Shown: positions 53,654 to 62,148, counted from the stretch's first letter. The stretch is 64,000 nucleotides of DNA from an uncultured Actinomycetes bacterium (GCA_963773175.1 CAVZAC010000006.1:2999-66998); one strand, 5' to 3'. Notes: generated from the letters alone by a model not told the origin. Translations and numbers: made by a program.

Positions 53654-54511
53654 GTGATCTCCGGCGCACTCGCCGCGGCGCTGACGCCGCTCCGGGACGG
53701 GGGCGCGGCGCTCGACGAGCCGGCCTTCGCCCCCTACGTCGACTTCCTCGCCGGGAGCGGGCTCGACGGCATCCTCGCGCTGGGGACGACGGGCGAGGGG
53801 ATCCTGCTCTCGCCGCCCGAGCGCCGGCGTGCCGCCGAGCTGTTCGTCGGCGCGTCGCAGGGCAGGCTCGCGGTCGCAGTGCACTGCGGAGCGCAGACGA
53901 CGGCGGACACAGTCGCGCTCGCGGCGCACGCGGCCGAGGCCGGCGCCGCCGCCGTCGCGGTGATCGGGCCGCCGTACTTCGCGCTCGACGAGACGTGCGC
54001 TGCTCGAGCACTTCGCCGCCGCGGCCGCTGCGTGCGCGCCGCTGCCGTTCTACGTCTACGAGTTCGCGGCGCGGACCGGCTACGCCGTGCCGCTCGGCGT
54101 CATCGAGCGGCTGCGGGAGCGGGCGCCGAACCTGTCCGGGCTGAAGGTGTCCGACTCGCCGTGGGAGCGCTTCGAGCCGTATCTGATCGAAGGGCTGGAC
54201 ATCTTCGTCGGGCCGGAGGCGCTGATCGTGCAGGGTCTCGAGGCCGGAGCAGCCGGAGCGGTCTCGGGGCTCGGGTCGGCATACCCCGAGCTCGTCGCCG
54301 AGCCTCGTACACGAGCCGACGAAGGAGAGGATGGCGGAGGCGAAGCGGCTGCGGGAGGGACTGGAGCGCTTCCCGTTCCAGGCGGCTGCGAAGGCAGTCG
54401 TGGCCCTGCGGGGAGTCCCGCTGCACGAGGACGTGCGCGGCGCCGCTGCGGACGCTGACCGCGGAGGAGCGCGCCGAGGTCGCCCTTCTGGCCGGCCTCG
54501 ACTCCGGCTGA
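53654..54511 (+). CDS. dihydrodipicolinate synthase (DapA)/N-acetylneuraminate lyase family protein; three frame breaks
   Basis: AALTPLRDGGAALDEPAFAPYVDFLAGSGLDGILALGTTGEG...AVAVIGPPYF / LLEHFAAAAAACAPLPFYVYEF...NLSGLKVSD... / ...RFPFQAAAKAVVALRG.... Frames go 2-3-1-2. Span is 3n. Confidence 0.7.
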   Translation: MISGALAAALTPLRDGGAALDEPAFAPYVDFLAGSGLDGILALGTTGEGILLSPPERRRAAELFVGASQGRLAVAVHCGAQTTADTVALAAHAAEAGAAAVAVIGPPYFALDETCAARALRRRGRCVRAAAVLRLRVRGADRLRRAARRHRAAAGAGAEPVRAEGVRLAVGALRAVSDRRAGHLRRAGGADRAGSRGRSSRSGLGARVGIPRARRRASYTSRRRRGWRRRSGCGRDWSASRSRRLRRQSWPCGESRCTRTCAAPLRTLTAEERAEVALLAGLDSG

Positions 54512-54532
54512 CACCGGGGCCTCAGGGCCGGG

Positions 54533-54769
54533 TCACTGCGGCGACGCCTCGACGTCGAACTCCTCGGCCGCGTCCGGGTCACGGCCGATCAGCTCGCGGA
54601 CACCGTGGATCTCGGGTAGCTCCTCGCCGTACACGATCAGGCCGAAGCGCTCCGCAGCTTCGTTGGAGATCCACACGCTCGGCGGCTCGAGCGGCGGCAG
54701 CTGCGACCGCAGCTCCTCCAGCGTCGTCTTGGAGTCGCCGAGGTTCCAGAGCAGCACGCGGACGATCAC
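54533..54769 (-). CDS. hypothetical 78-aa protein
   Basis: Intact ORF with high GC3. Its GTG start overlaps the stop of the upstream 54-aa ORF (GTGA). No family recognised. Confidence 0.5.
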   Translation of the reverse strand: MIVRVLLWNLGDSKTTLEELRSQLPPLEPPSVWISNEAAERFGLIVYGEELPEIHGVRELIGRDPDAAEEFDVEASPQ

Positions 54770-54930
54770 GCGGCGTCCGGGCTCTCCGCCGCGTCCGGCG
54801 GGAGCTTGGCGAGCAGTCTCTTGATCGCGCGCAGGACGTCGGCCTCCTCGTGCCCGAAGTCGTCGAGGTACGCGTGGAGCGCCGCGTGGAGCAGGCGGAG
54901 CTCGTCGTCGTCGAGCTCGATCGGTGGCAT
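54766..54930 (-). CDS. hypothetical 54-aa helical protein
   Basis: Below the ORF-track cutoff. ATG 54930 shares one base with the cupin stop (TGATG). Translation is MPPIELDDDELRLLHAALHAYLDDFGHEEADVLRAIKRLLAKLPPDAAESPDAA*, with high GC3. Confidence 0.4.
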   Translation of the reverse strand: MPPIELDDDELRLLHAALHAYLDDFGHEEADVLRAIKRLLAKLPPDAAESPDAA

Positions 54931-55286
54931 CAGAACGGCCCGTGCGGCTCGTAACTCCCGGGCGGCGACCCGACCGCCAGCACCGTCATGCCGTCGGGGC
55001 CCGCCACCGCGCAGCGCACCGTGCTCGGGTCGAAGCGGAAGAAGTCGCCCTCGCGCGCCGGGTGGTCCTCGCCGTCGATCCGGTAGACGCCCGACCCGCG
55101 GATCACGACGTTGACCTCCTCCTGCCCCGTGCCGGTCTCATCGTGCTCGAGGCCTTCCGCGCCGGGTGGGAACTCGAACCAGTTGATGCCGAACGCCACG
55201 GCGCCCAGCTCGCGGCGAACGAACTGAACCATCCCGCCGGGACCGCCCGGCTCGATGTCCCTCAGGTTGACCGTCGAATACCCCAT
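54930..55286 (-). CDS. cupin-domain protein
   Basis: ATG 55286 with AGGAGG 6 nt upstream. MGYSTVNLRDIEPGGPGGMVQFVRRELGAVAFGINWFEFPPGAEGLEHDETGTGQEEVNVVIRGSG...GDFFRFDP (tail of ORF 54930..56579). Confidence 0.65.
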   Translation of the reverse strand: MGYSTVNLRDIEPGGPGGMVQFVRRELGAVAFGINWFEFPPGAEGLEHDETGTGQEEVNVVIRGSGVYRIDGEDHPAREGDFFRFDPSTVRCAVAGPDGMTVLAVGSPPGSYEPHGPF

Positions 55287-55324
55287 GAGAACCTCCTGGC
55301 TTCGAGACAGTGGGCGAGACCCGA

Positions 55325-56884
55325 TTACATTCTGAACACGCCGAACGTCGTCTCCGGGATCGGTGCGTTGAGCGCGGCCGAGATCCCGAGCGCGAGCACC
55401 CGCCGCGTGTCCAGCGGATCGATGATCCCGTCGTCCCACAGCCGCGCCGTCGAGTAGTACGGGTTGCCCTCGGCCTCGTACTTGGCGCGGATCTCGTCGG
55501 GATCGGCGTCCCCCACCATGGTCAGCACCATCGCGGCCTGCTCGCCGCCCATCACGGAGATCCGGGCGTTCGGCCACATCCACAGCTGTCGTGGTGAGTA
55601 CGCGCGCCCGCACATTCCGTAGTTCCCGGCTCCGAACGAGCCGCCGATCACGACCGTGAACTTCGGCACCTCCGCGCAGGCGACGGCGGTCACGAGCTTC
55701 GCCCCGTCGCGGGCGATCCCGCCGGCCTCGTACTCCTTGCCGACCATGAACCCCGTGATGTTCTGCAGGAAGAGGAGCGGGATCTTGCGCTTGCAGCAGA
55801 GCTCGACGAAGTGCGCGCCCTTCTGCGCCGACTCGGCGAAGAGGACGCCGTTGTTGGCAAGGATCCCCACGGGGAAGCCCTCGATCCGCGCGAAGCCGGT
55901 CACGAGCGTCTCGCCGTAGAGCGCCTTGAACTCGTCGAAGCGGCTGCCGTCCACGATTCGCGCGATCACCTCCCGCGGGTCGACCTGAGTCCGGAAGTCC
56001 TCGGGGATCAACCCGTACAGGTCCTCCGGATCGACCACGGGCGGCTCCGGCTCGGCGATCTCCCACGGCGCTTCCTTGCGGCGGTGGAGGTTGGCGGCGA
56101 TGCGGCGGGCGATCGCGAGCGCATGCTCGTCCGATGTGGCGTAGTGGTCGGCGACGCCCGACTGCCGTGCATGGACATCGGCGCCGCCGAGCTCCTCCGC
56201 CGTCACCTCCTGGCCGGTGGCCGCCTTCACGAGCGGAGGACCGCCGATGAAGATCGTCCCCGTCCCGCGTACGATCACCGTCTCGTCGCTCATGGCCGGG
56301 ACGTAGGCGCCGCCCGCCGTGCACGAGCCCATCACGACGGCGATCTGCGGAATCCCCTTCGCCGACATCCGGGCCTGGTTGAAGAAGATGCGGCCGAAAT
56401 GATCGCGGTCGGGGAAGACCTCGTCCTGGAGCGGCAGGAACGCGCCGCCCGAGTCCACGAGGTACACGCAGGGCAGGTGGTTCTGCTCGGCGATCTCCTG
56501 GGCCCGCAGGTGCTTCTTGACGGTCAGCGGGAAGTACGTGCCGCCCTTGACGGTCGCGTCGTTGGCGACGATCACGCACTCCTGGCCCTCGATCAGCCCG
56601 ATCCCGGTGACGATCCCAGCGGAGGGGGCCTGGCCGTCGTAGACATCCCAGGCTGCCAGCACGGAGAGCTCCAGAAACGCGCTGTCGGGATCGACCAGGC
56701 GGTCGATCCGCTCCCGCGCGGGCAGCTTGCCGCGTGACCGGTGGCGCTCCAGCGACCGCTCCCCGCCGCCGCGCGCGACGAGGGCGGTGCGCTCGCGAAG
56801 TTCCGCGACGAGCTCCTCCATCCGTGTCCGGCGGCGCTCGAAGTCGGCGGACCCCCGCCCGGCCTGGGTGGTCAGCAGCGCCAT
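55325..56884 (-). CDS. acyl-CoA carboxylase carboxyltransferase (beta) subunit, methylcrotonyl/propionyl-CoA carboxylase type
   Basis: ATG 56884. Intact 519 aa within ORF 55325..57403 (...[28 protein letters not shown]...[14 protein letters not shown]...[19 protein letters not shown]...[19 protein letters not shown]...). Confidence 0.9.
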   Translation of the reverse strand: MALLTTQAGRGSADFERRRTRMEELVAELRERTALVARGGGERSLERHRSRGKLPARERIDRLVDPDSAFLELSVLAAWDVYDGQAPSAGIVTGIGLIEGQECVIVANDATVKGGTYFPLTVKKHLRAQEIAEQNHLPCVYLVDSGGAFLPLQDEVFPDRDHFGRIFFNQARMSAKGIPQIAVVMGSCTAGGAYVPAMSDETVIVRGTGTIFIGGPPLVKAATGQEVTAEELGGADVHARQSGVADHYATSDEHALAIARRIAANLHRRKEAPWEIAEPEPPVVDPEDLYGLIPEDFRTQVDPREVIARIVDGSRFDEFKALYGETLVTGFARIEGFPVGILANNGVLFAESAQKGAHFVELCCKRKIPLLFLQNITGFMVGKEYEAGGIARDGAKLVTAVACAEVPKFTVVIGGSFGAGNYGMCGRAYSPRQLWMWPNARISVMGGEQAAMVLTMVGDADPDEIRAKYEAEGNPYYSTARLWDDGIIDPLDTRRVLALGISAALNAPIPETTFGVFRM

Positions 56885-56922
56885 CGAGACGAGCCTACAG
56901 CGCGGGCGGCAACCGGGTCCTG

Positions 56923-56944
56923 CGCAAAGTTCCCGCACTTTGCG
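56923..56944. promoter_or_regulatory. 8-bp perfect inverted repeat (candidate operator)
   Basis: cgcaaagt tcccgc actttgcg, an AT-richer palindrome 39-60 nt upstream of the carboxyltransferase start codon. It lies in the ~200-nt gap before the next plus-strand ORF. Confidence 0.35.
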
Positions 56945-57078
56945 GACGGGTCGATTCCGGGTGGGGTCGGCGGCCGGGGCGCCGAGGAGTAGACTCGTCC
57001 CTCGGCGGGTGCTGCGGCTCCGTTCACTGGTGAGGGCTCGGTGCTGGGCCCGGTTTTCCACAGAATCCACAGGGAGGT

Positions 57079-57267
57079 GTGAGGGAATTGGCTGGTCCAA
57101 AACGGCCGTCCGATCCACAGCCGAAGCCCGATCGCCATCCACCCGGCGAGTTCGTCTCGCCCGAGCTCCAGTCCGAATGCGCGCGGTTTCTCGAAGACGT
57201 GAAGAGCCTGGTCGATCGCCGCAAGAACCCTCCTTCGAGGAGTAGCCCGACGCGGGAAGGACGCTGA
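57079..57267 (+). CDS. hypothetical small protein (weak call)
   Basis: 62-aa ORF in a lower-GC spacer with moderate GC3. GGGAGG lies only 1 nt before GTG 57079. In-frame TTG 57088 is an alternative start. Confidence 0.25.
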   Translation: MRELAGPKRPSDPQPKPDRHPPGEFVSPELQSECARFLEDVKSLVDRRKNPPSRSSPTREGR

Positions 57268-57297
57268 CAATGAGTCTGCGCCCTGGAGCGGGCGGGA

Positions 57298-57510
57298 ATG
57301 CGGATTCAGGTGAGCGACCCGATCTACGCTGAGGATCTCGCGAGGTTCCTCGCGCGGTCTGGCTGCGTGGTCGAGCGAGTCGGGTCCGATTCGCTGGAGG
57401 CATCGTTGCTCGGGTCGTTCCACCACGATCGCCTGCGGCTCGAGGTCGAGCTGCTCCTGCGGGCCTGGCTGACCACCCGGCCTGCTGCGAGCGCCCGGCT
57501 GACCGATTGA
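57298..57510 (+). CDS. hypothetical 70-aa protein
   Basis: Intact ORF with high GC3. Its stop shares one base with the ridA ATG (TGATG). No family recognised. Confidence 0.45.
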   Translation: MRIQVSDPIYAEDLARFLARSGCVVERVGSDSLEASLLGSFHHDRLRLEVELLLRAWLTTRPAASARLTD

Positions 57511-57891
57511 TGGAGCGGGGCCGCGTCGACGCTGTCTCGGCGTTCGCCGAGGCCGTCGGCTACTCGCGCGCCGTCCGCCGGGGCGATCGCGTGCTCGTGG
57601 CCGGCACGGCTCCGGTGATGCCCGGCGACGCCGACCCGCCGGCAGACGCCTACGGCCAGGCGCGGCGGTGCCTCGAGATACATCGTCGCCGCGCTCGCGG
57701 AGCTCGGCGCCGCTCCGCGCGATGTCGTGCGCACCCGGCTCTATCTGACCAGGGCGGAAGACATCGACGGGGTCGGGCGCGCCCACGGCGAGGTCTTCCA
57801 CCAGGCGCGACCGGTTTCGACGGCCGTTGTCGTCGCCGCTCTCCTCGATCCGCGCTGGCTCGTGGAGATCGAGGCCGAGGCCGTGATCTGA
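57510..57891 (+). CDS. RidA/YjgF/endoribonuclease L-PSP family protein; one frame break
   Basis: [36 protein letters not shown]...[11 protein letters not shown], then a +1 step at ~57680 (gag ata [c] atc gtc) into [39 protein letters not shown]...VEIEAEAVI*. Span is 3n+1. Confidence 0.75.
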
Positions 57892-58014
57892 CCGTCCGCG
57901 GGCACGGCCCCTTCGGCACGCACCACGCCCGATCGTGCTCGCGGTGCGACGAGGGCTGACGAGCCGCAATGTGGTGCCGCGTAGAGCCGCGGAGGCGATC
58001 CTGATCGACGCCGC

Positions 58015-58431
58015 CTATGACGTCGGCGCGCTCTGGCGGACCCGGCGGCGCAGGACCAGCGCGAGCAGGACGCAGGCCAGCGCGAGCTGGGCCGGCGCCG
58101 AGATCCCTCCCGCCTGGTGCAGGCCCGGGATGCGATGGCTGGGAAACAGCTCGCGTCCCCCCGGCCGCGGCAACGGGAGGATGTGCTCCAGGTCGGGAGC
58201 TGCTGCGGCGGCGGCGCAGATCGTCGCCGGGTCGAGCGGCCCGCGCAGGGCGGCGAGGAGCCCGAGGCCGACGAGGCCGGAACGGAGCTCGAAGTGGGGC
58301 GAGGAGAAATCCTGGTGAGGCACCATGTCGCCCGCGAGGTGCAGGACGGGCCCCAGAGCGAGCGCACCCAGCCGGGAGCGTGCCAGCGCACCGCCCACCG
58401 CCCCGGTCGCCACGTGCAGGGAGACAATCAA
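58015..58431 (-). CDS. small His-rich membrane protein (possibly DUF457/YdjM-like metal-dependent hydrolase)
   Basis: TTG 58431 overlaps the uppP stop (TTGA). MIVSLHVATGAVGGAL...VLHLAGDMVPHQDFSSPHFE...APDLEHILP...FPSHRIPGLHQ...C-terminal TM. This is the tail of ORF 58015..59400. Intact. Confidence 0.45.
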   Translation of the reverse strand: MIVSLHVATGAVGGALARSRLGALALGPVLHLAGDMVPHQDFSSPHFELRSGLVGLGLLAALRGPLDPATICAAAAAAPDLEHILPLPRPGGRELFPSHRIPGLHQAGGISAPAQLALACVLLALVLRRRVRQSAPTS

Positions 58432-59300
58432 TTGACGAGGAAGTAGATGCTGTAGCAGAGACCTGCGACCACGCAGAAGATCGCGAACGGCGTCAGCGTG
58501 TTGGTCTCGAAGAAGCGCATGAGGAAGCGCACCGAGAGGTACGCCGTGAGCGCGGCGCAGAGCGCCGCGACGAGCGCCTGCCCGCGGACGCCGTTGCCCT
58601 GGGTGCCGAGCAGCTCGGGAATCTTCAGCAGCGCCGCCGCGCCGATGATCGGCGTGGCGAGCAGAAACGAGAACCGCGCGGCGTCCTTGTTGGATAGGCC
58701 GACGAGCAGGCCGCCGCCCATCGTCGCACCGGAGCGGGAGAAGCCCGGGATGAGCGCGAGCGTCTGCGCCGCGCCGACCACGAAGGAGTTGCGCCAGCTC
58801 ACCTGGCGGGCGATCCGTGCGTCGTCGTCGGTGTCCACCTGCGGAGCGCGCCTGCGCAGGAGCTCCGCGCCGTAGAGCATGAAGCCGTTGATGATCAGGA
58901 AGAAGGAGGCGGAGCTGGCCGACGCGAAGACGCTGCGGAGCCTGTGCTCGAGCAGCAGCCCGAGGACGCCTGCCGGGATGGTGCCGACCACGAGCAGCCA
59001 GCCGAGCCGCGCGTCCGTGTCGTCCGGGCCGATCCCCCGGTCGCGGAGACTGCGGCCGACGCCCTTGACGATCCGCACCCAGTCGGCCCAGAAGAACACG
59101 AGCAGCACGGTGGCGGTCGCGAGATGCGTCGCCACCAGGAAGGTGATGAAGTACGGATCGTTCTGGTGGATGTTCCAGCCCAGGAGCTGCGGGATGATCA
59201 CGCTCTGCCCGAGGCTCGATACCGGGAACAGCTCGGCGATCCCCTGGAGCAGCCCGAGCAGGATCGCCTGCGGATAGGAGATGAGCGATAGCAGCACCAT
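58428..59300 (-). CDS. uppP: undecaprenyl-diphosphate phosphatase
   Basis: ATG 59300. MVLLSLISYPQAILLGLLQGIAELFPVSSLGQSVI...PGFSRSGATMGGGL.... This is the intact tail of ORF 58428..60647. Confidence 0.9.
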   Translation of the reverse strand: MVLLSLISYPQAILLGLLQGIAELFPVSSLGQSVIIPQLLGWNIHQNDPYFITFLVATHLATATVLLVFFWADWVRIVKGVGRSLRDRGIGPDDTDARLGWLLVVGTIPAGVLGLLLEHRLRSVFASASSASFFLIINGFMLYGAELLRRRAPQVDTDDDARIARQVSWRNSFVVGAAQTLALIPGFSRSGATMGGGLLVGLSNKDAARFSFLLATPIIGAAALLKIPELLGTQGNGVRGQALVAALCAALTAYLSVRFLMRFFETNTLTPFAIFCVVAGLCYSIYFLVN

Positions 59301-59542
59301 CAGGCGGCGCCGTCGGACTGCCGTTTCGTTCCTGTCTGAAACCAGGCGAAAACGAGCAGGGCGACGCCGAGCAGGAACGCCGCGATCCCGTGCTTGACAT
59401 GGTGGTGCCCGGACCCGGCCTGGTGGCCGGGGAGCCAGGTGGGGAGCGAGCGGGCCGGCTCGACCCAGTAGTAGATCGCGAGCCCGATCAGCGCACAGCC
59501 GATCACTGCGGCAACAGGGGCTAGACGGCGCATGTCCTTCAT
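59300..59542 (-). CDS. small two-TM membrane protein with His-rich loop
   Basis: Intact 80-aa ORF with GGAGG 9 nt upstream. TM1 - LPTWLPGHQAGSGHHHVKHG - TM2. Its stop shares one base with the uppP ATG (TGATG). Confidence 0.55.
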   Translation of the reverse strand: MKDMRRLAPVAAVIGCALIGLAIYYWVEPARSLPTWLPGHQAGSGHHHVKHGIAAFLLGVALLVFAWFQTGTKRQSDGAA

Positions 59543-59828
59543 CGACTCGACCTCCGCGGGGGTTCGGAGCCGTAAGACAATCAGAAGGCGCGGCCGGGCT
59601 CATGGTCGAACCGGCGCGGACCGTGTCGCCCCGCGGCCGTTGCCATTCAGGTCCATGCGGGCGTGGCGCTCTGTTGCGCCGTTCGCGGTTTCCCGTGCGC
59701 ACCGGTCGCCGGGGCCTTGCCCCGAGGGGCATCGGTTCGGTCACATCCTCACGACGGGGTATTGACTTTCGGCAGCCGGCGCGCAAACGTGACGTGGTGA
59801 CCCCTCGCCCCTGCTTGCGACGATTCGA

Positions 59829-60518
59829 ATGAACGAGCAGCTGGCCAGCGAGCAGGCCCTGCGCTACGCCGAGGAGCTGAGCCAGCTCCATGCCGACGAG
59901 CGCATGCAGCGGCGGAGGGCGGAGCAGGCTCTCGGGCAGCTCGAGGAGTCGTATGCGGCGACCGTGCGTGCGCTGGCCGCGACGCTGGAGCTGCGAGACG
60001 ACGTCAGCGGCGGCCACGCCGACCGCGTGGCCAGGCTCGGGCTGCGCTTCACGCTGCGGGTGGCGCCGAGGCTTGCCGACGAGCCTACGCTCGAGTACGG
60101 CTTCCTGCTGCACGACCTCGGAAAGATCGGGGTGCCCGATGCGATCCTGCTCAAGCCCGGCCGGCTCGACGCCGCCGAGATGGAGCAGATGCGGAAGCAC
60201 ACGATTCTGGGCGAGGAGATCGTCTCCCACGTCCCGTGCCTCGACGATCTCGCGCGACAGGTGATCGGCTCCCATCACGAGCGCTGGGACGGAGCGGGCT
60301 ATCCGCGTGGCCTCGAGGCGCAGGAGATCCCGCTTCCGGCGCGAATCTTCGCCCTCGCCGACGCCTACGATGCGATGACCACGGACCGTCCCTACCGCAA
60401 GGCTCTGCCCTACGAGGCTGCGAGGCGCGAGCTCGTGACCGGAGCGGGGTGGCAGTTCGACCCCGGGTTGGCGGAGTCGTTCATCGACCTCGTTGATGAG
60501 CTGCGCAGCGCGGCCTGA
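59829..60518 (+). CDS. HD-GYP domain protein (putative c-di-GMP phosphodiesterase)
   Basis: Intact 229-aa ORF with HADRVA, LLHDLGKIGVPD, HHERWDGAGYPRGL and DAYDAMTTDRPYRKA. Confidence 0.85.
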   Translation: MNEQLASEQALRYAEELSQLHADERMQRRRAEQALGQLEESYAATVRALAATLELRDDVSGGHADRVARLGLRFTLRVAPRLADEPTLEYGFLLHDLGKIGVPDAILLKPGRLDAAEMEQMRKHTILGEEIVSHVPCLDDLARQVIGSHHERWDGAGYPRGLEAQEIPLPARIFALADAYDAMTTDRPYRKALPYEAARRELVTGAGWQFDPGLAESFIDLVDELRSAA

Positions 60519-60534
60519 CCATGACCGCACCTCC

Positions 60535-61566
60535 ATGAGTGAGCTGGGCCGGCCCCGCGGCGATGAGCTCGTGTCGCTTGCGGCGCACCAGCTGAAGACG
60601 CCGCTGGCGGTGATCGCCGGCCATGCCGAGCTGATCCTCACGCGCACCGCGCAGCCGGAGGTGCAGGCGGAGGCCGCCTACATCGCGGAGGCCGCCGCCC
60701 AGCTCGGCCGGGCCCTCGACGGCATCCTCGCGCTCTTCGCGCTCGACACCGCTCGGGTTCTGGACGAGCCACGTGCGATCTCGCTCGCGGATCTCCTCGA
60801 CCGGGCCGTCGCGTTCTCGCCGGGGCTGCGCACGCGCCACCCTCGCCTGCCCGCGGACGGACTCGTGCAGGTGGTGCGCGGCGATCCGAACAGGCTCGCA
60901 CAGGCGCTCGCCGCGCTGCTCTCGTCCGGGTATGCGGAGCTCGCCGAGGGAACGGAGCTGACGCTGGACGTCGAGGAGCGGCGGGGTGTCACGATGCTGT
61001 CGGTCGGCTCCGATGCCGGGTGGCCCATGGGCGATTCGGCTCGGCTCGGCCTGTACGTGGCCGCCCGCCTCGTCGAGAGCGACGGCGCGTCGCTCTTCGT
61101 CCGCGAGCAGGGAGGCGCGGTCTCGAGCGTCGTGATGATGCTCTCGACGCCGGGGCAAGCGCCCAGCGCCGAACAGTCTCGCGTGCTGATCGTCGACGAC
61201 GACGTCACCATGCGCCGGCTCCTGCGCGCCACGCTGCCGGAGGCCGAGGGCTTCGAGATCATCGAGGCCGGCGACGGCAAGCAGGCCCTCGAGCTGCTGG
61301 AGCGGGACGAGCCCGTGCACCTCGTGCTGCTCGACTGGATGATGCCGGGCCGCTCCGGTGCGGATGTGCTCGAGCAGCTGCGCAGCCGCCATCCGGAGGT
61401 GCCGGTGATCGTCGTCACCGCCGAGCTCGAGCCCCGGCAGCGCGAGCTCGCCGACTCGCTTGGCGCCGACATCTTCCTCACCAAGCCGTTCAGCCCGCTC
61501 CAGCTCCTGGAGCACGTCGAGCGGATGCTGCCACGGCGGCTCGGCGACCCGGTCCGGCACGAGTAG
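60535..61566 (+). CDS. histidine-kinase-like (HisKA + degenerate ATPase region) protein fused to a receiver domain
   Basis: ORF 60493..61566. ATG 60535 avoids overlap with the HD-GYP gene. It has the H-box SLAAHQLKTPL and a kinase-like region lacking an obvious N-box Asn (GDPNRLAQALAALLSSGYAE). The C-terminal REC domain reads RVLIVDDD...LVLLDWMMPG...FLTKPF. Confidence 0.75.
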   Translation: MSELGRPRGDELVSLAAHQLKTPLAVIAGHAELILTRTAQPEVQAEAAYIAEAAAQLGRALDGILALFALDTARVLDEPRAISLADLLDRAVAFSPGLRTRHPRLPADGLVQVVRGDPNRLAQALAALLSSGYAELAEGTELTLDVEERRGVTMLSVGSDAGWPMGDSARLGLYVAARLVESDGASLFVREQGGAVSSVVMMLSTPGQAPSAEQSRVLIVDDDVTMRRLLRATLPEAEGFEIIEAGDGKQALELLERDEPVHLVLLDWMMPGRSGADVLEQLRSRHPEVPVIVVTAELEPRQRELADSLGADIFLTKPFSPLQLLEHVERMLPRRLGDPVRHE

Positions 61567-61617
61567 CCGCCGCAAGTCCGGCTCGCGCTTCGCGCTTGAC
61601 ATGACGACTTGCGGCGG
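61567..61617. other. 12-bp perfect inverted repeat with 27-nt spacer
   Basis: ccgccgcaagtc (61567-61578) and gacttgcggcgg (61606-61617). It starts 1 nt after the kinase/receiver stop. No T-tract follows. Confidence 0.4.
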
Positions 61618-61758
61618 GGAAGCCGGCTTGCCTCGCGGCCGCAAGCGGCGGCTCCCATCTGCCGCTCTGCGCAACAGTAATGTCCGAGCTCTGGCTCCGG
61701 CTCTGTCCACGGTGTCCTGTTTCAGCGGACACCAGCGATCGAGTCCTATTCTGCGGTC

Positions 61759-62148
61759 GTGGATCCAGTCTGGCTCGCGCTCACGGCGGTGGCGGCGGTT
61801 GCGCTCGCCGCGGTGGCCTTCCGCACCTTTCTGTTGCAGATCGGCGGCAAGGACGTTCTCTTCGGCAAGCAGCGGCTCGAGGTACGCGAGGCGGACGGGT
61901 TTGCCGCGGGCGAGCAGGATGTCGAGATCGCGGCGACGATCGAGAACAGGGGAGGCGCACCCGCGAGGGGAGCCGTCATCCAGGCTGTCGTGGACGGAGC
62001 CGTCGTCGCCGAGTCGGAGCCGGTCGATGTTCGGGCGGGTGAGTCCGCCAGCGTCCGGCTTGCCATTCCGCGACGTTTTGTCGGCGACGTAACAGGCGAA
62101 CGACCGCTGTACAGGGGTGATTTCGCCCTTAGGGTCGCGGCCGCCTGA
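61759..62148 (+). CDS. hypothetical membrane-anchored protein (CARDB-like fold possible)
   Basis: Intact 129-aa ORF starting at GTG. N-terminal TM (WLALTAVAAVALAAVAF), then ...VEIAATIENRGGAPARGAVIQAVVDGAVV...VRAGESASVRLAIP.... Confidence 0.45.
   Translation: MDPVWLALTAVAAVALAAVAFRTFLLQIGGKDVLFGKQRLEVREADGFAAGEQDVEIAATIENRGGAPARGAVIQAVVDGAVVAESEPVDVRAGESASVRLAIPRRFVGDVTGERPLYRGDFALRVAAA

Noticed and set aside
59763-59768. TTGACT, a -35-like hexamer in the 285-nt spacer upstream of the HD-GYP gene.
   Set aside because: No acceptable -10 element lies at 16-19 nt spacing, and I do not know the promoter consensus for this organism. It is not reportable as a promoter.
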